In this document: positions 23,741-35,960 of the stretch, one piece after another | Layout: each line of letters opens with the position of its first letter | How positions within the stretch are numbered: the first letter of the stretch is position 1 | Assembly: GCA_013239625.1 (NCBI GenBank) | Contig: MU054338.1 | Coordinates: forward strand, 1,800,001 to 1,864,000 | Source of the DNA: Lama guanicoe | Taxonomy: Eukaryota | DNA: 64,000 bases | Direction of reading: 5' to 3' | Position numbers and translations under genes: made by a program | Notes under the pieces: model-generated | Databases searched by the model: none | What the model saw: only the letters and a program-made list of their open reading frames with translations | Told to the model about the DNA's origin: nothing

Positions 23741-26319
23741 GACATTTATTTTTATATTGAGGTTTTAGTCTGAGATCTTGTTCAGAATCTTACTCTACGA
23801 TTATCTTTCTGTTCTGTTGGTTTTCTCTGGGTACAGTCGTTCAAGTTGGGTATTAGCACAAGTGGTTTTTTTCTAGTATAATGTTGCCTGAGAGTGAGGT
23901 CAACAGGCGTACTTCACTTCTGCCTAATTGTCTTGGAGAAAACAGAACTTCATACCATTTATATGTTCTTTGTTCTTTTTTGAATATGATCTTACTGACT
24001 TTCCTTCATCGGGTCACGCACATTACCATCTACCACTGGGGAGTGGTAAGCGTGTTTATGAATGATCGTTGAGTACTGCAAAATGGTTTCCGGCCGCCCT
24101 TAAGGTGACTGCAGGTAGATCACGTGAGTTGATTTTAGAGTTTTCTGTTGCGTAAGATAACGTCAGTGCAGGAATGTGCACGAGACGTATGTACTGACAA
24201 CAGAAATACTTAAAAAAGTCCTCTGTGCGTTGAAACTCAGCCCTAAATGTGGAACAGGCTTTCCCGCCAGACTTGAAGTGCGCAGCCAGTGACCGGCCCC
24301 GCCCCCCTCTGCACCTGTGACCAATGTGCTGCGTTATGTGAAGCTGTGCATAGTTATGTGTAATCATGCATGTGTGTATTTTTACGTATCAGTTTGTAGC
24401 CTTATCTCGAATGGTTATTTTACTTTTTTTCTGCTCTGCAGCCGCTGCTTCACATATACGTGTATCGATGTCAGTGTCTACACGCACGCACGCGTGGGAG
24501 GGTCTCTCCTTCCCTCTCTCTGTGTCTGTATATCTCCCTCCACACCCCCTTGCTCTGCCACATTTTCCTCAAGTACTTATATTTGATTTGCTTATTTACT
24601 GATTATTTTCCTCCAAAAGAATTTAAGAGCCACATTGTTCAGAATTTTGGCTTTTTTTTTTTAGTGCTGTAGCCCTGGTGCCCGCATGTCCGAGGACCTC
24701 TGTAACTATAACCTAAATACACTTTACTGAATGACAGAGCCAGACGTAAGGTCTTCAAACAAAACAGTCTTGCATGAGAGCCAGGGATTTACCAGAAGGA
24801 GCGGAAATGTGAGGGTGCAGCGGGGTGTTTCTGAGGGCGCAGCTGGGTGTTTCTGTGCCCAGCACACGTCTGGCTCTTGTCCACATCCCACTGGGAAGTG
24901 ATAGTCCTGATGGTGGAGCAGCTGTAAGGGGTGCCTGAGAGAAGGGCCAGGTTCCCAGTTGAGCAGTATTACTAATTCACTGTTCTGAGTTTCCTCTGCC
25001 AGGAGCTAGTGTTAATGATGTCTGCTTTATGGAGTTAGAATGTATGGGCTAGTGCATAGAAGGCTCTGTGTATGTCTTTCTCGGGTAGTGGGTGCTTGAA
25101 TCCCATTAACCATCAAGGTCTTAGAAAGCACCAAGTTCTGTATTCTCTGCATGTGGCGTCCCCCCATATGCCGTCTTACCTGGCCTCAGGAGGCAGCTCC
25201 CGCACGGCCCAGCCTGGCCAGTGGGTTGAAGCTGGCCTGAAGTCTCTTCCTGGGATATGACAGTGACCTGGTGGGATGCCCACCGAGCAGGACAACCCCA
25301 GAGGGCACACGGGGTCCCCTGGAAGGGCAGAGCCACTGGTCGGCAGGGCAGCTCGGGCAGGATTGCACCAGATGGGCAGCCTTCCCAGGACCCTAGGGCG
25401 CAGCCCGAATCAGCCAGGCCGGCTTCATTTCTGTTACCCACGACACGTGTTCACACCTGTCAGTGGTGTGGACATCCTTGGAGGCTGTCTGCGAGGAAAG
25501 AACAGCTCTGCGGTTCACCCATGGCCTGATCCCCAGTGGTCCCCTTGCAGACCTGGCCCTTCCTCCATGGTGATTGTGATGACCTGGCGGGTGGGCGGCC
25601 TCAGGTTTTCCTGGTCAGGGCTGCAAGGAGCAGTGCTCCAGATGGGCAGTGTCTCCCAAGGCAGGTCCTGTCCCTGGTGGGGGCGGGTGCTGTCGGGTCC
25701 GAGCTTGCAGCCACGTCCAGGAGGCTGGGACCTGTGAATAGGGTCCCGCACCGTGCAGCCCAGGCCCTGCGGGCTCGACAGCTATGCTCCCAGCGCAGGG
25801 AGCCTGGAGGCTCCCTAAGCCCTTCCTTTCTGGTGCGTCTGCCGCAGAGCCCACTGACCCCTGCCAGGCAGGCCGCGGCCTCCCCAGGGCAGCGGAAGTG
25901 GGTTTTCATAAGAGCTCTTTAGCAAAGTGCAACTGCCACCTAAATTCCGTAAGTGTGTCTCTCCTTAGAGATCACCTGGTTTTCCAGTTTCTTTTTTTTT
26001 TTTGAACCTCCAATAGGTAAAAATCATAGTTTAAAAAAAATCACGTATGGAGACTCCAGCCTGTGTTTAGCGCTGCGTTTCAGTCCCAGCCAGGGCGCCC
26101 GCTGCAGGCAGCTGGGTCGTAGGGCTCGCTTTGCCTCTGCGCGGGCTGGGGCGCCCCTCCGGCATTTATAACATTGCTGTTTGTGTCCATTTTCATCATA
26201 CAAGCGGGTGCGGTAGCCACACACACAAAACCATTTTAAATGAAAAAAGCCAGCTAGCAAACAAAAAACCAAACCCTTCTTTTGTCCTGGAATCAGACCC
26301 TGTGTGGGTTTCCAAGGGG

Positions 26320-26712
26320 TGCTGTAAATTACCACCGTGAGGGAGGCCTCGAAGTGCGTCCTGTCACCATCCTGGAGGCTGGACGTGTGAAACCAAGGAG
26401 TTGGCGGGATGCGGCACCCTCGGCACCCTCCAGGGCTCTAGGCTCGTTTCCTGTCTCTTACCGCCTCTGGCGGCCCCAGCGAGCCTGACAGACGTGCGTC
26501 TGTATGTTGCCGCCCTCCGGTGTCTCTGCCGTCACGGCGTTTCCCTCTCCTTTTAAGAACACTAGCCACTGGATGAGGGCCCACCCTGATGACCTCATCT
26601 TAACTTGGTTATTTCTGCAAAGACCCTATTTCTAAATAAGCTCACATTTACAGGTGCCGGGGTTAGGCGTTCAGCATGTTTTGGGGGAGAGGGGACAGTT
26701 CAGCCCATAACA
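26320..26712 (-). mobile_element. MaLR MLT1-type LTR
   Basis: ATGACCTCATCTTAACTTGGTTATTTCTGCAAAGACCCTATTTC...TTCAGCCCATAACA. Confidence 0.8.
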
Positions 26713-28159
26713 GTCCCCACATAGTAACAGGGATGGCGTGACCGCCGCCCAGGAAGGTCCTGGCTGGCACGTGCGGTGGGCCCAGCAGCCCAGCAGCCGG
26801 GGGCGGGGGGAGAGGAAGGCCAGGGTGTCCCCTGCCCCTTCCCTTCGGTTTGTCCTACTTTTTGCTTCAGCTCTCGGATCCGATGAAACTTCTTTTTCTC
26901 CCAGTGCAGTTCCATCTTGTCATGCTTCTTGCCCATTCGGGGAGGCTGGGGCTGTTCTCCTGCTCTAGAGGAGAGAGCAAAACACAGACACCAGTGTCAC
27001 CAGTGCTGGGCTTTGACTCCCATCTCACGTGGCCGGCGTGGCCAGCGGTGGCGGGTGCGCCGTGAGCTGGCCCTCCCGGAGTGGGGCTCTGCCTTCCCCT
27101 CCATCAGCTTTCCCAGCTGCCGGCAGCTCGGGGACCCCAGCGCCCTCCCACCTCACCCTCGCACTCTGACACAGGGCTTTTGCCGTATCTTAGGAAGTCA
27201 GGGTTGTTCCAGCAAATGCCCGAGACTCCCCAGGCCTGCTAGTAGGACTCACGTGGCTCAGCCTATAGTTGTGCTCACACCTGACTGGTCACAGCGGGAG
27301 GACACACAGCAAAGCCAGCTGGGGGAAGGACACAGGAGGAGAGCGCCAGCGGCAACCAGGTGCCCGCTTCTAAGAGTCCTTTCCCAGTGGGGCCGCACAG
27401 GCCGCCCCGACGTCCGCGCGGTGAGCTGTGAGTGTGTGAAGCGCCGCCCACGGGGAGGCTCCCCGGCGACTTGGGGCCCGGATGTTTACTTTTTGACAGC
27501 TGGTCACGTGGACGTCCTCTGCCTGCCAGGTACCTGAAGCCCAGACTCCCAGCACAACAGCAGGTGTTCGGCGTTACCGCTGCTGTCTGCACGACCAGTC
27601 TAGAGACGGCGAGTCATCATCAGGGCGGTGTGGAACCTTCCAGATTCAGGCTCCCCGACCCCAGGCAAAGCCAACCTCGCCAGCAGTGGTTGCTGAGGAT
27701 GAAGTTAATGCTTGCAGTGTTAGCGCCTTTCCTGCACCCGCGGTCGGGGAACTTTGTCAGAGGAAAGACTACAGAAAACTGCTCAGCGCAGCTCAGCCTG
27801 ACCCGGGGAGCTGCCAGCAGGGGTGCTCCTGGCGGGCTCCTGCTCTGTTGAGTGGGTACCGCGTTCTGGCCTCGGAGTGGCATGAGGGTGTTTCCTTCCC
27901 TGTGCTCATGCCTGCGTGTCGTGGACGGACGGCTTAAGGGAGGCGTGCAGCTCGCTGGTCCCTGTGCTTAGGGCCGGGCCTGACGTGCTCACACGCCCGG
28001 GGGCGGGGCTTGGGTGTGGGAGAGTGGGGACTGCTGCTGTCACGGTGCTCTGGGTGCGTCGCTGGCTCCGGGAATTTGAGGCGACGGAGTGCTCCCTTTG
28101 CAGGAAGTGCGGAATTCTTCTATGTATGTCAGAAGCAAGGATGAATTCACTGTCAGGAT

Positions 28160-28306
28160 TTTTTTTTTCAAAATTTTAAATTAAAAAAAATGTTTTGGCA
28201 GGGGAGATAGGTTTATTTAATTTGTTAATGGAGGTGCTGGGGATCGAACCCAGGACCTGGTACATGCTAGGCATGTGCTCTGCCACTGAGCTACACCCTC
28301 CCCCCA
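28160..28306 (-). mobile_element. tRNA-derived SINE
   Basis: Same family as the other copies (GGAGGTGCTGGGGATCGAACCCAGG...CACTGAGCTACACCCTCCCC on +). Confidence 0.85.
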
Positions 28307-29344
28307 TCAGATGTTTTTGATGTTAAAGTCCTTTGTAAAATAACAGTAACAATAATAATAATACCACTTTTATTCTCAAAAATGTCCTGGCTTGAACCAT
28401 ATGACACGGTCACCCCAGCTCTGACTTGATAATGTGATTATTCCTTCCCCCCAAGTTGTTCAGATTAATATATTCTAAAAGACAAATGGATTTATTCAGA
28501 TACCGGGAAAAAAGTCCTTTGCAGAGTAGGACTCTTATCCCCGAGGCCAGCGGGAGTACTTTCATGGCCGCGGTAGAAGGGCTGTTCTGGCAGCAGGTGG
28601 CGCATGTGTGAATGCGTGTGTGAATGCATGTGTGAACGCAGGGCTGGTGGCAGCAGCACTGGACTCAGGAGGGTGGGGAACATATGGAGGTCCAAGTCCT
28701 CGTGGCCTTTTCCTCTTTCCTGAGCTCTCACTTCTTAATAGAGTCCCATCTTCATGAAAATCTGTGGAGAAAAAAGAGTAGAAAGTGAGCTGGTGGTAAC
28801 TATTATACAAAAAAGTTAAAATTCATCCTTCTAAAGAAACTTGTTTGCTCTGCTGGTGGGACTGTCCTTGTAGCCTGGGGATCTTTAAGACAACATGGCT
28901 TGCTGGCCCTTGCAGCACCCTGGGTCCCCCAGGCCCATTGGCCTCTTGTGTTTGGTGAGGAGGGTAGAAAGGCAAGTCCCCTGTCTCCCAGTGTGTTTTT
29001 ATGTTTTTACTCCTTAAAGCCTCATCCAGGTTGACCTTGGGCTCCACATGCCTGCGGACAGTGTGCCAGAGGAAGGCGCTGAGGTCGCTTGTGTCATGAG
29101 GGCTGATGGGTCTTAAAATGCAAATCCTGTTTCATCTGTATAGCTTCTTCCCTTTCCCCAGCGTGGTCTGAACCCTTTGGTGAGGGAAGAGTGAGACTAA
29201 GTGGTCATGGTGACAGTGTCGAGCCGAGCTCAGTGTGTTAGTGCTGTTACACCTGTGAGGACATGTGGCACAGTAAGAGGTGTGATGACCGGGTCGCAGA
29301 GTGGATGTCAGGTGACCACAGAATCTCGTTTGAACTTCCTGTGA

Positions 29345-29695
<351 letters not shown>

Positions 29696-29959
29696 TGAGG
29701 ATGAGAATCTATGTATCAACTGAGTTTTTCTTGCTGTAAAGAAAGCTCCTGTTGGATCTCTAGTGGGTCTAGGTTTCATGGGGCCCTAGGTACCCAGTGA
29801 GGTCTGTTTTTGAACCTTGTGAGAATTTGACCGTGTTGATTAAAGTGCTTCCCATTTTGACCCTTTGTGCTTGTTAGTGATGAAGTCTTGACGCAGCTGA
29901 ACTCCTCAGTGTGCGTTGGCTAACAGGTGCCTTCTGTCTTATTCCCTTTTTGCTTTCAG

Positions 29960-30143
29960 ATGATGACACTCAATTTAAGGCCAATGGGTCTGTTTCTCAG
30001 CAGGGTATTTGTGGGAATAAGATACCCAAGGAACAGAAAATATCGAAGTTCACTGGAAGTGATTCCTGGGCCTCCGTCGTAGGAAGAATTTGGGAAGCAC
30101 TTAGCCTTGGAGATCAGCATACAGACCAGGGGAGACATCCGAG
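29960..30143 (+). CDS. ZNF555: ZNF555 exon 3 (linker)
   Basis: 184 nt, phase 1-2, TTTCAG/GTGAGT; DDDTQFKANGSVSQQ...DQGRHPR. Confidence 0.93.
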
Positions 30144-30517
30144 GTGAGTTGCACTCAGGAGAGAAGGCAGTCTTCCAGGAGAGAATCTCAGTGTGTCGTG
30201 AACTGTAAAGAGCAGACGGACAAAACGCACAGAAGGCGAGAGCAGGTTTGTTTATTCATAGAGATTCTCCTAAAGATTTTTTTCCTTAACTGTGACATTG
30301 ATGTTGAATGTCAGGAACAGTTGAAACCGATCAGGAGGAAAGCCCATGTTTAAGAAACGCCGTGTTTGTAATAGTTGTGGTTGAGCCCCCGCCTGGGCAT
30401 TCAGTTCATTCTGCTTTAAAAGAAGTCAGGTTGAGAAGTCCATTGAAATTCGTGAAGATGGAGTCCTGGTATTTACTAATAAATCATTATCAATAACATG
30501 CTTCTCATTTTTAACAG

Positions 30518-32054
30518 AAATCCTGTGGTGGAGGGACTCTGGGAAAGTGCTGACCAGCGTGGGGAAGGCCTCAGTCAGCAAACTGCGGTCAGACGGTATG
30601 AATGCAGGGCAGGCGGGAACGTCTTCGCGTGCCGCTCATCCCTCAAGAGTCATGGCGCTGTTCACGCTGGACACAAGCCGTATCAGTGTCAGGACTGCGG
30701 GCAGGCCTACCGCTGTCGTTCACACCTAAGAACACACTTGAGAACCCACAATGGAGAGAGACCCTATGCCTGCAAACTGTGTGGAAAAACCTTTCCACGA
30801 ACCTCTTCCCTCAACCGGCACACGAGGACTCACACTGCAGAGAAGACCTGTGAGTGTCAGCAGTGCGGGAAGGCCTTCATCGACTTTTCCAGTCTCACGA
30901 GTCACGTGAGAACTCACACTGGAGAGAAGCCCTATAAATGTAAGCACTGTGGGAAGGCCTTCAGCTATTCCTCGACCTTCCGACGACACATGATCACACA
31001 CACGGGGGAGAAGCCCTACAAGTGCGCAGAGTGTGGGGACGCCTTCAGCTATTCCTCGACTTTCCGACGACACATGATCTCACACACGGGGGAGACACCA
31101 CACAAGTGCACGGAGTGTGGGGAGGCCTTCAGCTACTTCTCAGCTTTCCGAAGGCACATGATCACACACACTGGAGAGAAGCCCTATGAGTGCAAACAGT
31201 GTGGGAAAACCTTCATTTATCTCCAGTCCTTCCGAAGGCATGAGAGGATTCACACTGGAGAGAAGCCCTACGAATGCAGGCAGTGCGGGAAAAGCTTCAT
31301 TTACCCCCAGTCGTTCCGGAGACACGAAAGGACGCACGGTGGGGAAAAGCCCTATGAGTGTGCCCAGTGTGGGAAGGCGTTCAGCCACCCCTCCTCCTTC
31401 CGGGGCCACACGAGAGTGCACACTGGAGAGAAGCCTTATGCGTGCAGCCAGTGTGGGAAGACTTTCAACTGGCCCATATCCTTACGAAAACATATGAGGA
31501 CACACACCAGAGAGAAGCCCTACGAATGTAAGCAGTGTGGGAAAGCCTTCAGTTTGCCTGCTTGCTTTCGCGAGCACGTGCGGATGCGTCCCGGAGACGA
31601 GCCGTACGAATGCAAGCTGTGTGGGAAGGCCTTCTCCTGCCACGTCTCCTTACAGAAGCACATGCGGAGGCACACCGCGGAGAAGCTTTACCAGTGCAGA
31701 CAGTGTGCGAAAGCTTTCAGTTGGCCCGAACTTCTGCAGCAGCACGTGAGGACACACACGGCTGAGAAACCTTACGAATGTAAGGAATGTGGAAAAGTCT
31801 TCAAGTGGCCATCATCTCTGCCGATACACATGAGGATGCACACCGGGGAGAAGCCATATGCGTGTAAGCAGTGCGGGAAGGCCTTCAGTTGTTCCTCATC
31901 CTTAAGAAGACACGCGAGAATACACACTGCAGAGGCACGCTACCTCCGTCACGTGGGAAGTCCTCCTGGGAGTGAACTGACGCACGGTGCTTCAGAGAAT
32001 TCCCGTCAGGAGAGAAACCCAAGTAAAGCTGTAAATCTGGTGTTGCCTTTGTGA
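30518..32054 (+). CDS. ZNF555: ZNF555 zinc-finger exon, 14 intact and 1 broken C2H2 fingers
   Basis: TTAACAG acceptor; helices PRTSSLNRH, IDFSSLTSH, SYSSTFRRH, SWPELLQQH, KWPSSLPIH and the C-terminal VNLVLPL match ZNF555; joined CDS 1851 nt = 616 aa. Confidence 0.96.
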
Positions 32055-33329
32055 GTACCTCATCCTTAAAGTGGACCCACAGGGAGTGTGTATCCAGTTC
32101 TTTTGCAAACGAACATTCAGATGAAAATTAATTGTCAAAGTCCTCAGCTCTAGTACAGTTTGCAGGTAGTGTTTTTTCTCATGGTTTAGGAAATCTAGTT
32201 TGTTGGAATCATGGGTGATTGGAAGTGTATTTTCAATATGTGAGTAGTTTAAAACCTTAGTTGTTTAAATTGCTCTCTGAGGGGTTATTGGAACAGTGAC
32301 ACTGTGGTACTTGGGAATTTCTTACTGGCGTGGTATGGCGGCTGCTGGATAATCGCCCGTGGTGTTGAGAGTCTTTCTTTAGGCCCAAGGAGGCTCGTTC
32401 CAGTTTTCTTATAGTCGGCAGGAATGTGTAATTACGCAGAGTATCGTGTGAATTGTTACTTTGATCGCTTCCCCTCTGCGCTGCCCTTGCTTGTGGTTGG
32501 GAATTGAAAAACAGGTTTCCACTTGAGACCCTTGTGATGTGACCACGAGACAGAGTTTGGGACTGTGTCATGTTGGCATGGGTAATGCTGGGATCTGCAC
32601 TTCCCAGAACCCCTTCCCACGATCCTGCATCCAACTTTACTGGCAGCCTGTTGGCATGAGACTTGGAAGGGCGGGTGCGAAGCCATTCCCAAGCTTCTGG
32701 AGTCACAGTAAAGTATCGTGGAGAGAAGCACAGGGGCTTCCTGGGTGCCAGCTTTCAGCCCATCTGATCATTGGCTCTTTTATTAAGAGTATCATGAAAA
32801 GAAGTGCCAACGACTTGATTTCTGTTTTTCTCAGAGCTGCAGGCTCCCGTAAGTATCTCTGGGAGCTCCATGTGAAGGGTGCGCTCATGTGGTCAGGCAC
32901 TCACAACGTGGGTTTTCCTACAAACCTGCACGAGTCCTGCAGCCTCGTTAGTGATCTCCGGTGCTACGAGCCCACTCCTCTAGACGCTAACGTGCTTTGT
33001 AAGTCTAACTTGTACAGCAAACTCCTTTTTCTCCGAACTTTCAGTGGCTCTCTGATCCTGATTCTGCCACGAGAGCTACACTATTGCAGCAAAACAAAGC
33101 GACACACGGGACTTTGTTAGCCCATCGTGCTTTGTGAAGTGCTGACTCAGTCCTACGCGAGAAACTCCTTCCTCATAGATCGGGGAGACGTCTGTTAACT
33201 CAGAACTGAATGCAGCTCCTTGATAGGTGTTTGATTGTCATGTTTGATTCTGACTCATTGCTGTGTGTTTTCTTTGCAAGCAGGATCTTTGTTTCTTAGA
33301 AACACCTTGCATACTGTGTTTTCAAGTCA

Positions 33330-33756
33330 CTTGTACACTGTTAGCTCTTTGGGGCTGCTGGAATGAAGCACCACAACTGGGTAGCTTCAGACAACAGGAA
33401 TTTTTGTCTCGCAGTTCGGGAAGCAGAAGTCCCAGGTCAGGCTGCTGGCAGGACCGCGCTTGCTCTGCAGGTCCTGGGGAGGAGGCATTCCCGCGCCCTC
33501 CCAGCGTCTGCTAGTTCACTGGCTTGAAGGAAGCGATACTGGTCTTCACACAGCCTTCCACCTGCGTGTGTCTGGCTCCTCGTGTGGGGTTCTTCTTACA
33601 AGGACGTCATACAGAGTGGCTTAGGGCCCATCCTATGCCAGTATGACCTCCTTTTAGCCCATTACACCTGCAACACCCTATTAGCAAGTAAGTTGTATTC
33701 TGCAATACTGGGCCTTCAACATGTGGCTTTAGGGGAACACAATTTGACCCATAACA
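33330..33756 (-). mobile_element. MaLR MLT1-type LTR
   Basis: TCTTCTTACAAGGAC...CCAGTATGACCTC...ACAATTTGACCCATAACA. Confidence 0.75.
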
Positions 33757-35279
33757 CTCATAAATGTTACTCTCTTTTTCATTTACTGAGAATATTTTTA
33801 AATATTCCATTGCAGTTATGGATTTCAAGTCAACCAATTCTGTTAAATTTAAGCATTGGGCATTCTGAGTCAATATTACCTGATCTGTACACGTTAAGGT
33901 ATTTTTTTTATCATGTAAACGTTATTTTTTATTGTTACATACTTCAACATTTGTCATTAATGGATTGCTTATTGTTAACAGTAAAAACTGAAGTAATGGT
34001 TTTGTCAATGCTCTTCAGCCAAAACCCACTGGGCCCACACTGGTTTGATCAAAGAAAATTGGGTGTATTGAATTAAAGCAATCAGTCAGAGGTTGTTTAA
34101 AAGAATACATTTTTGGATCTGGGTTTATGTTTGGTGAGTTTAGAAGGCATAAATGAGCTACGTTAAAACTGACTGGTAAGCAAAAGCAGTCAGTCATACT
34201 GCCAAGAAGAGGGGAACGTTTAATCATTTTTGTGGTTGGGAGGTGAGCTCCAGAACATGAAGTGTCAACTTAAGTAAGGTATAGTAGGAAAGAAGCCGTA
34301 TTTGACATTCTCAAACAGGAAAAAATCTAGTATTTTATAGGAAGGAAGGAAGGGTGGAAGCTTTTTGTTGTAATGATCCACAAAGCTCCAAGAGCCCACT
34401 TTACTTTTCACAGGTATCATTTCCACCCCTGTGGACTTCCAGCACTAGCCAGGGAAGGAAAAAAATGTAGCAGTGTAACACCTTAGTGTTTTAATAAAGA
34501 CAGACAATATCTGAGATACCTAATTCTACAATTTTTTTCACGCTAACTTAGTCCTTCGTAGCAGTGTCAGGTTTGGAAAAATTTTGTATTTGCTTAATTT
34601 TTACTGGAAACTGTTGGAAATTTTGAACACTGGAGGGCAAGTGTAATTTCTGAGAACTCATGGCACTTACACTTAGTGAATTGTACTGCATGCGTATTAT
34701 AAATAATAGAAAAAAACAATAAAACCTTCGTTTGCTAAGGGAAATTTTAAACTCCTGAGTCTTGAGTCCACCCGCCCACCCTAACTTAGGATTCTTAAGA
34801 AGTGTTCAGGGACTTGGTGGGGAATGGGGGAGAAGAACTTGGGGCCAAAAATTCCATTTTGGCGAATTCAGTCTGAAGTTAGGAAACACCCACAAGGGCC
34901 ACATCTTCCCTCACCTCGCATAGTAGGAGAGAAGTGAAAGGGCTCCTGGAATCTTTGAGTTTATGCCGGGTCCCTCCGGTCAGATCTCTGGGAATGCTGT
35001 GGTCTGAAACAGAAAGGCGCGCCTACATTTCTCCAAGAGCCCCTGCCTGGGGGCATCAGCGTCATGTCTTTCCGGGCCTGTCTGGAGGCCATCCCCCTTT
35101 AAAGTTGCATCAGTCAGGGTCCTGTGACTTTCTGCTGGGAGACGTCATGAGGATTCCACACTCCTGCTCGTGGAACATCGTGGCAGCCCCCCCGGGGGGC
35201 TGAGAGGTGACAGAAACAGCAGGGGCAGAACCTGCGGCAAGGGGACACAGGCCGTTGTCACAGCACCCCCACCTCCTCG

Positions 35280-35960
35280 TGCACATCAAGGCGCACATCA
35301 GTCTCAAGCCCTCCAGCGACGCCACAAAGGGACGTCCTGCCACGGCCCGCCCGTCGGCGCGCACGCACAAACACCGACTTCATTGTCACCACCTGAGGAT
35401 GTCGGATGCAGGTGCTCCAGTCTGGCTGGAGCTCCTCACCTGGGTTTCCGCATCCTCCCCACGGCTCCTCCGGGTCTCTGGGGCGGCCACGCTGCGGCGC
35501 ATGCGCACTCCCACCACGCCTGCGCGCCACGGTCTCACCCCTACGGCTTGTGGGAACTGGAGATCCTCAGAGAGGCGCGGTGGACGCCAGGAGCCCCGCC
35601 CGCAGACTCCTCCCAGCATGCAACGCGATCGCCTGTTTAAAAAGGCTGCCGGCGACTCCTCGGAGCGCATTCTTCGCAGAAGTGCGCAGGCGCGCCTGGG
35701 CGGGGCGAGTCGGAGGCGGCCCAGGGGAAGAGGGAAGACCTCCTCAGCGCGTCAACTTGCAAGAGACTTCTCTGTGGTCTTTAGAGGTGTGGCCCGAGCT
35801 CCTGAAGCGCCGAACCTCGGAGCCTCGGGGAGGGCCCTGGGGCCGCCCAGGACGGGTGGAGTGGGGTCTGCAGGCACGTGAGACCAACAGAGAGGGCTGC
35901 GAAGGGGACCTCAATGCAGGGCACGTGGCTGCCCTCGGACGAGACAGACCGCATTGCCGC
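35280..35960. promoter_or_regulatory. Orphan CpG island with promoter motifs
   Basis: Perfect NRF1 palindrome GCGCATGCGC 35497-35506; NRF1-like sites near 35516 and at 35683-35693; ZNF143-core TCCCAGCATGCA 35611-35622; GC boxes. Confidence 0.7.

Noticed and set aside
32990..33171. Degenerate direct repeat CGTGCTTTGT...AAACTCCTT about 136 bp apart, inside a 193-aa ORF
   Set aside because: Probably an old internal repeat in 3'-UTR or LTR-derived DNA; the ORF has a non-ATG start and no recognisable motif.
34168..34194. ACTGACTG/CAGTCAGT hairpin
   Set aside because: An 8-bp stem is expected by chance in 64 kb and is too short for a pre-miRNA.
35232..35439. Possible intronic snoRNA in the minus-strand intron
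   Set aside because: A CTGA and a hairpin are present, but there is no convincing RTGATGA C box with terminal stem and no H/ACA layout.
35207..35881. 224-aa plus-strand ORF across the orphan CpG island
   Set aside because: Non-ATG start and R/A/G/P-rich composition, as expected by chance in a CpG island.
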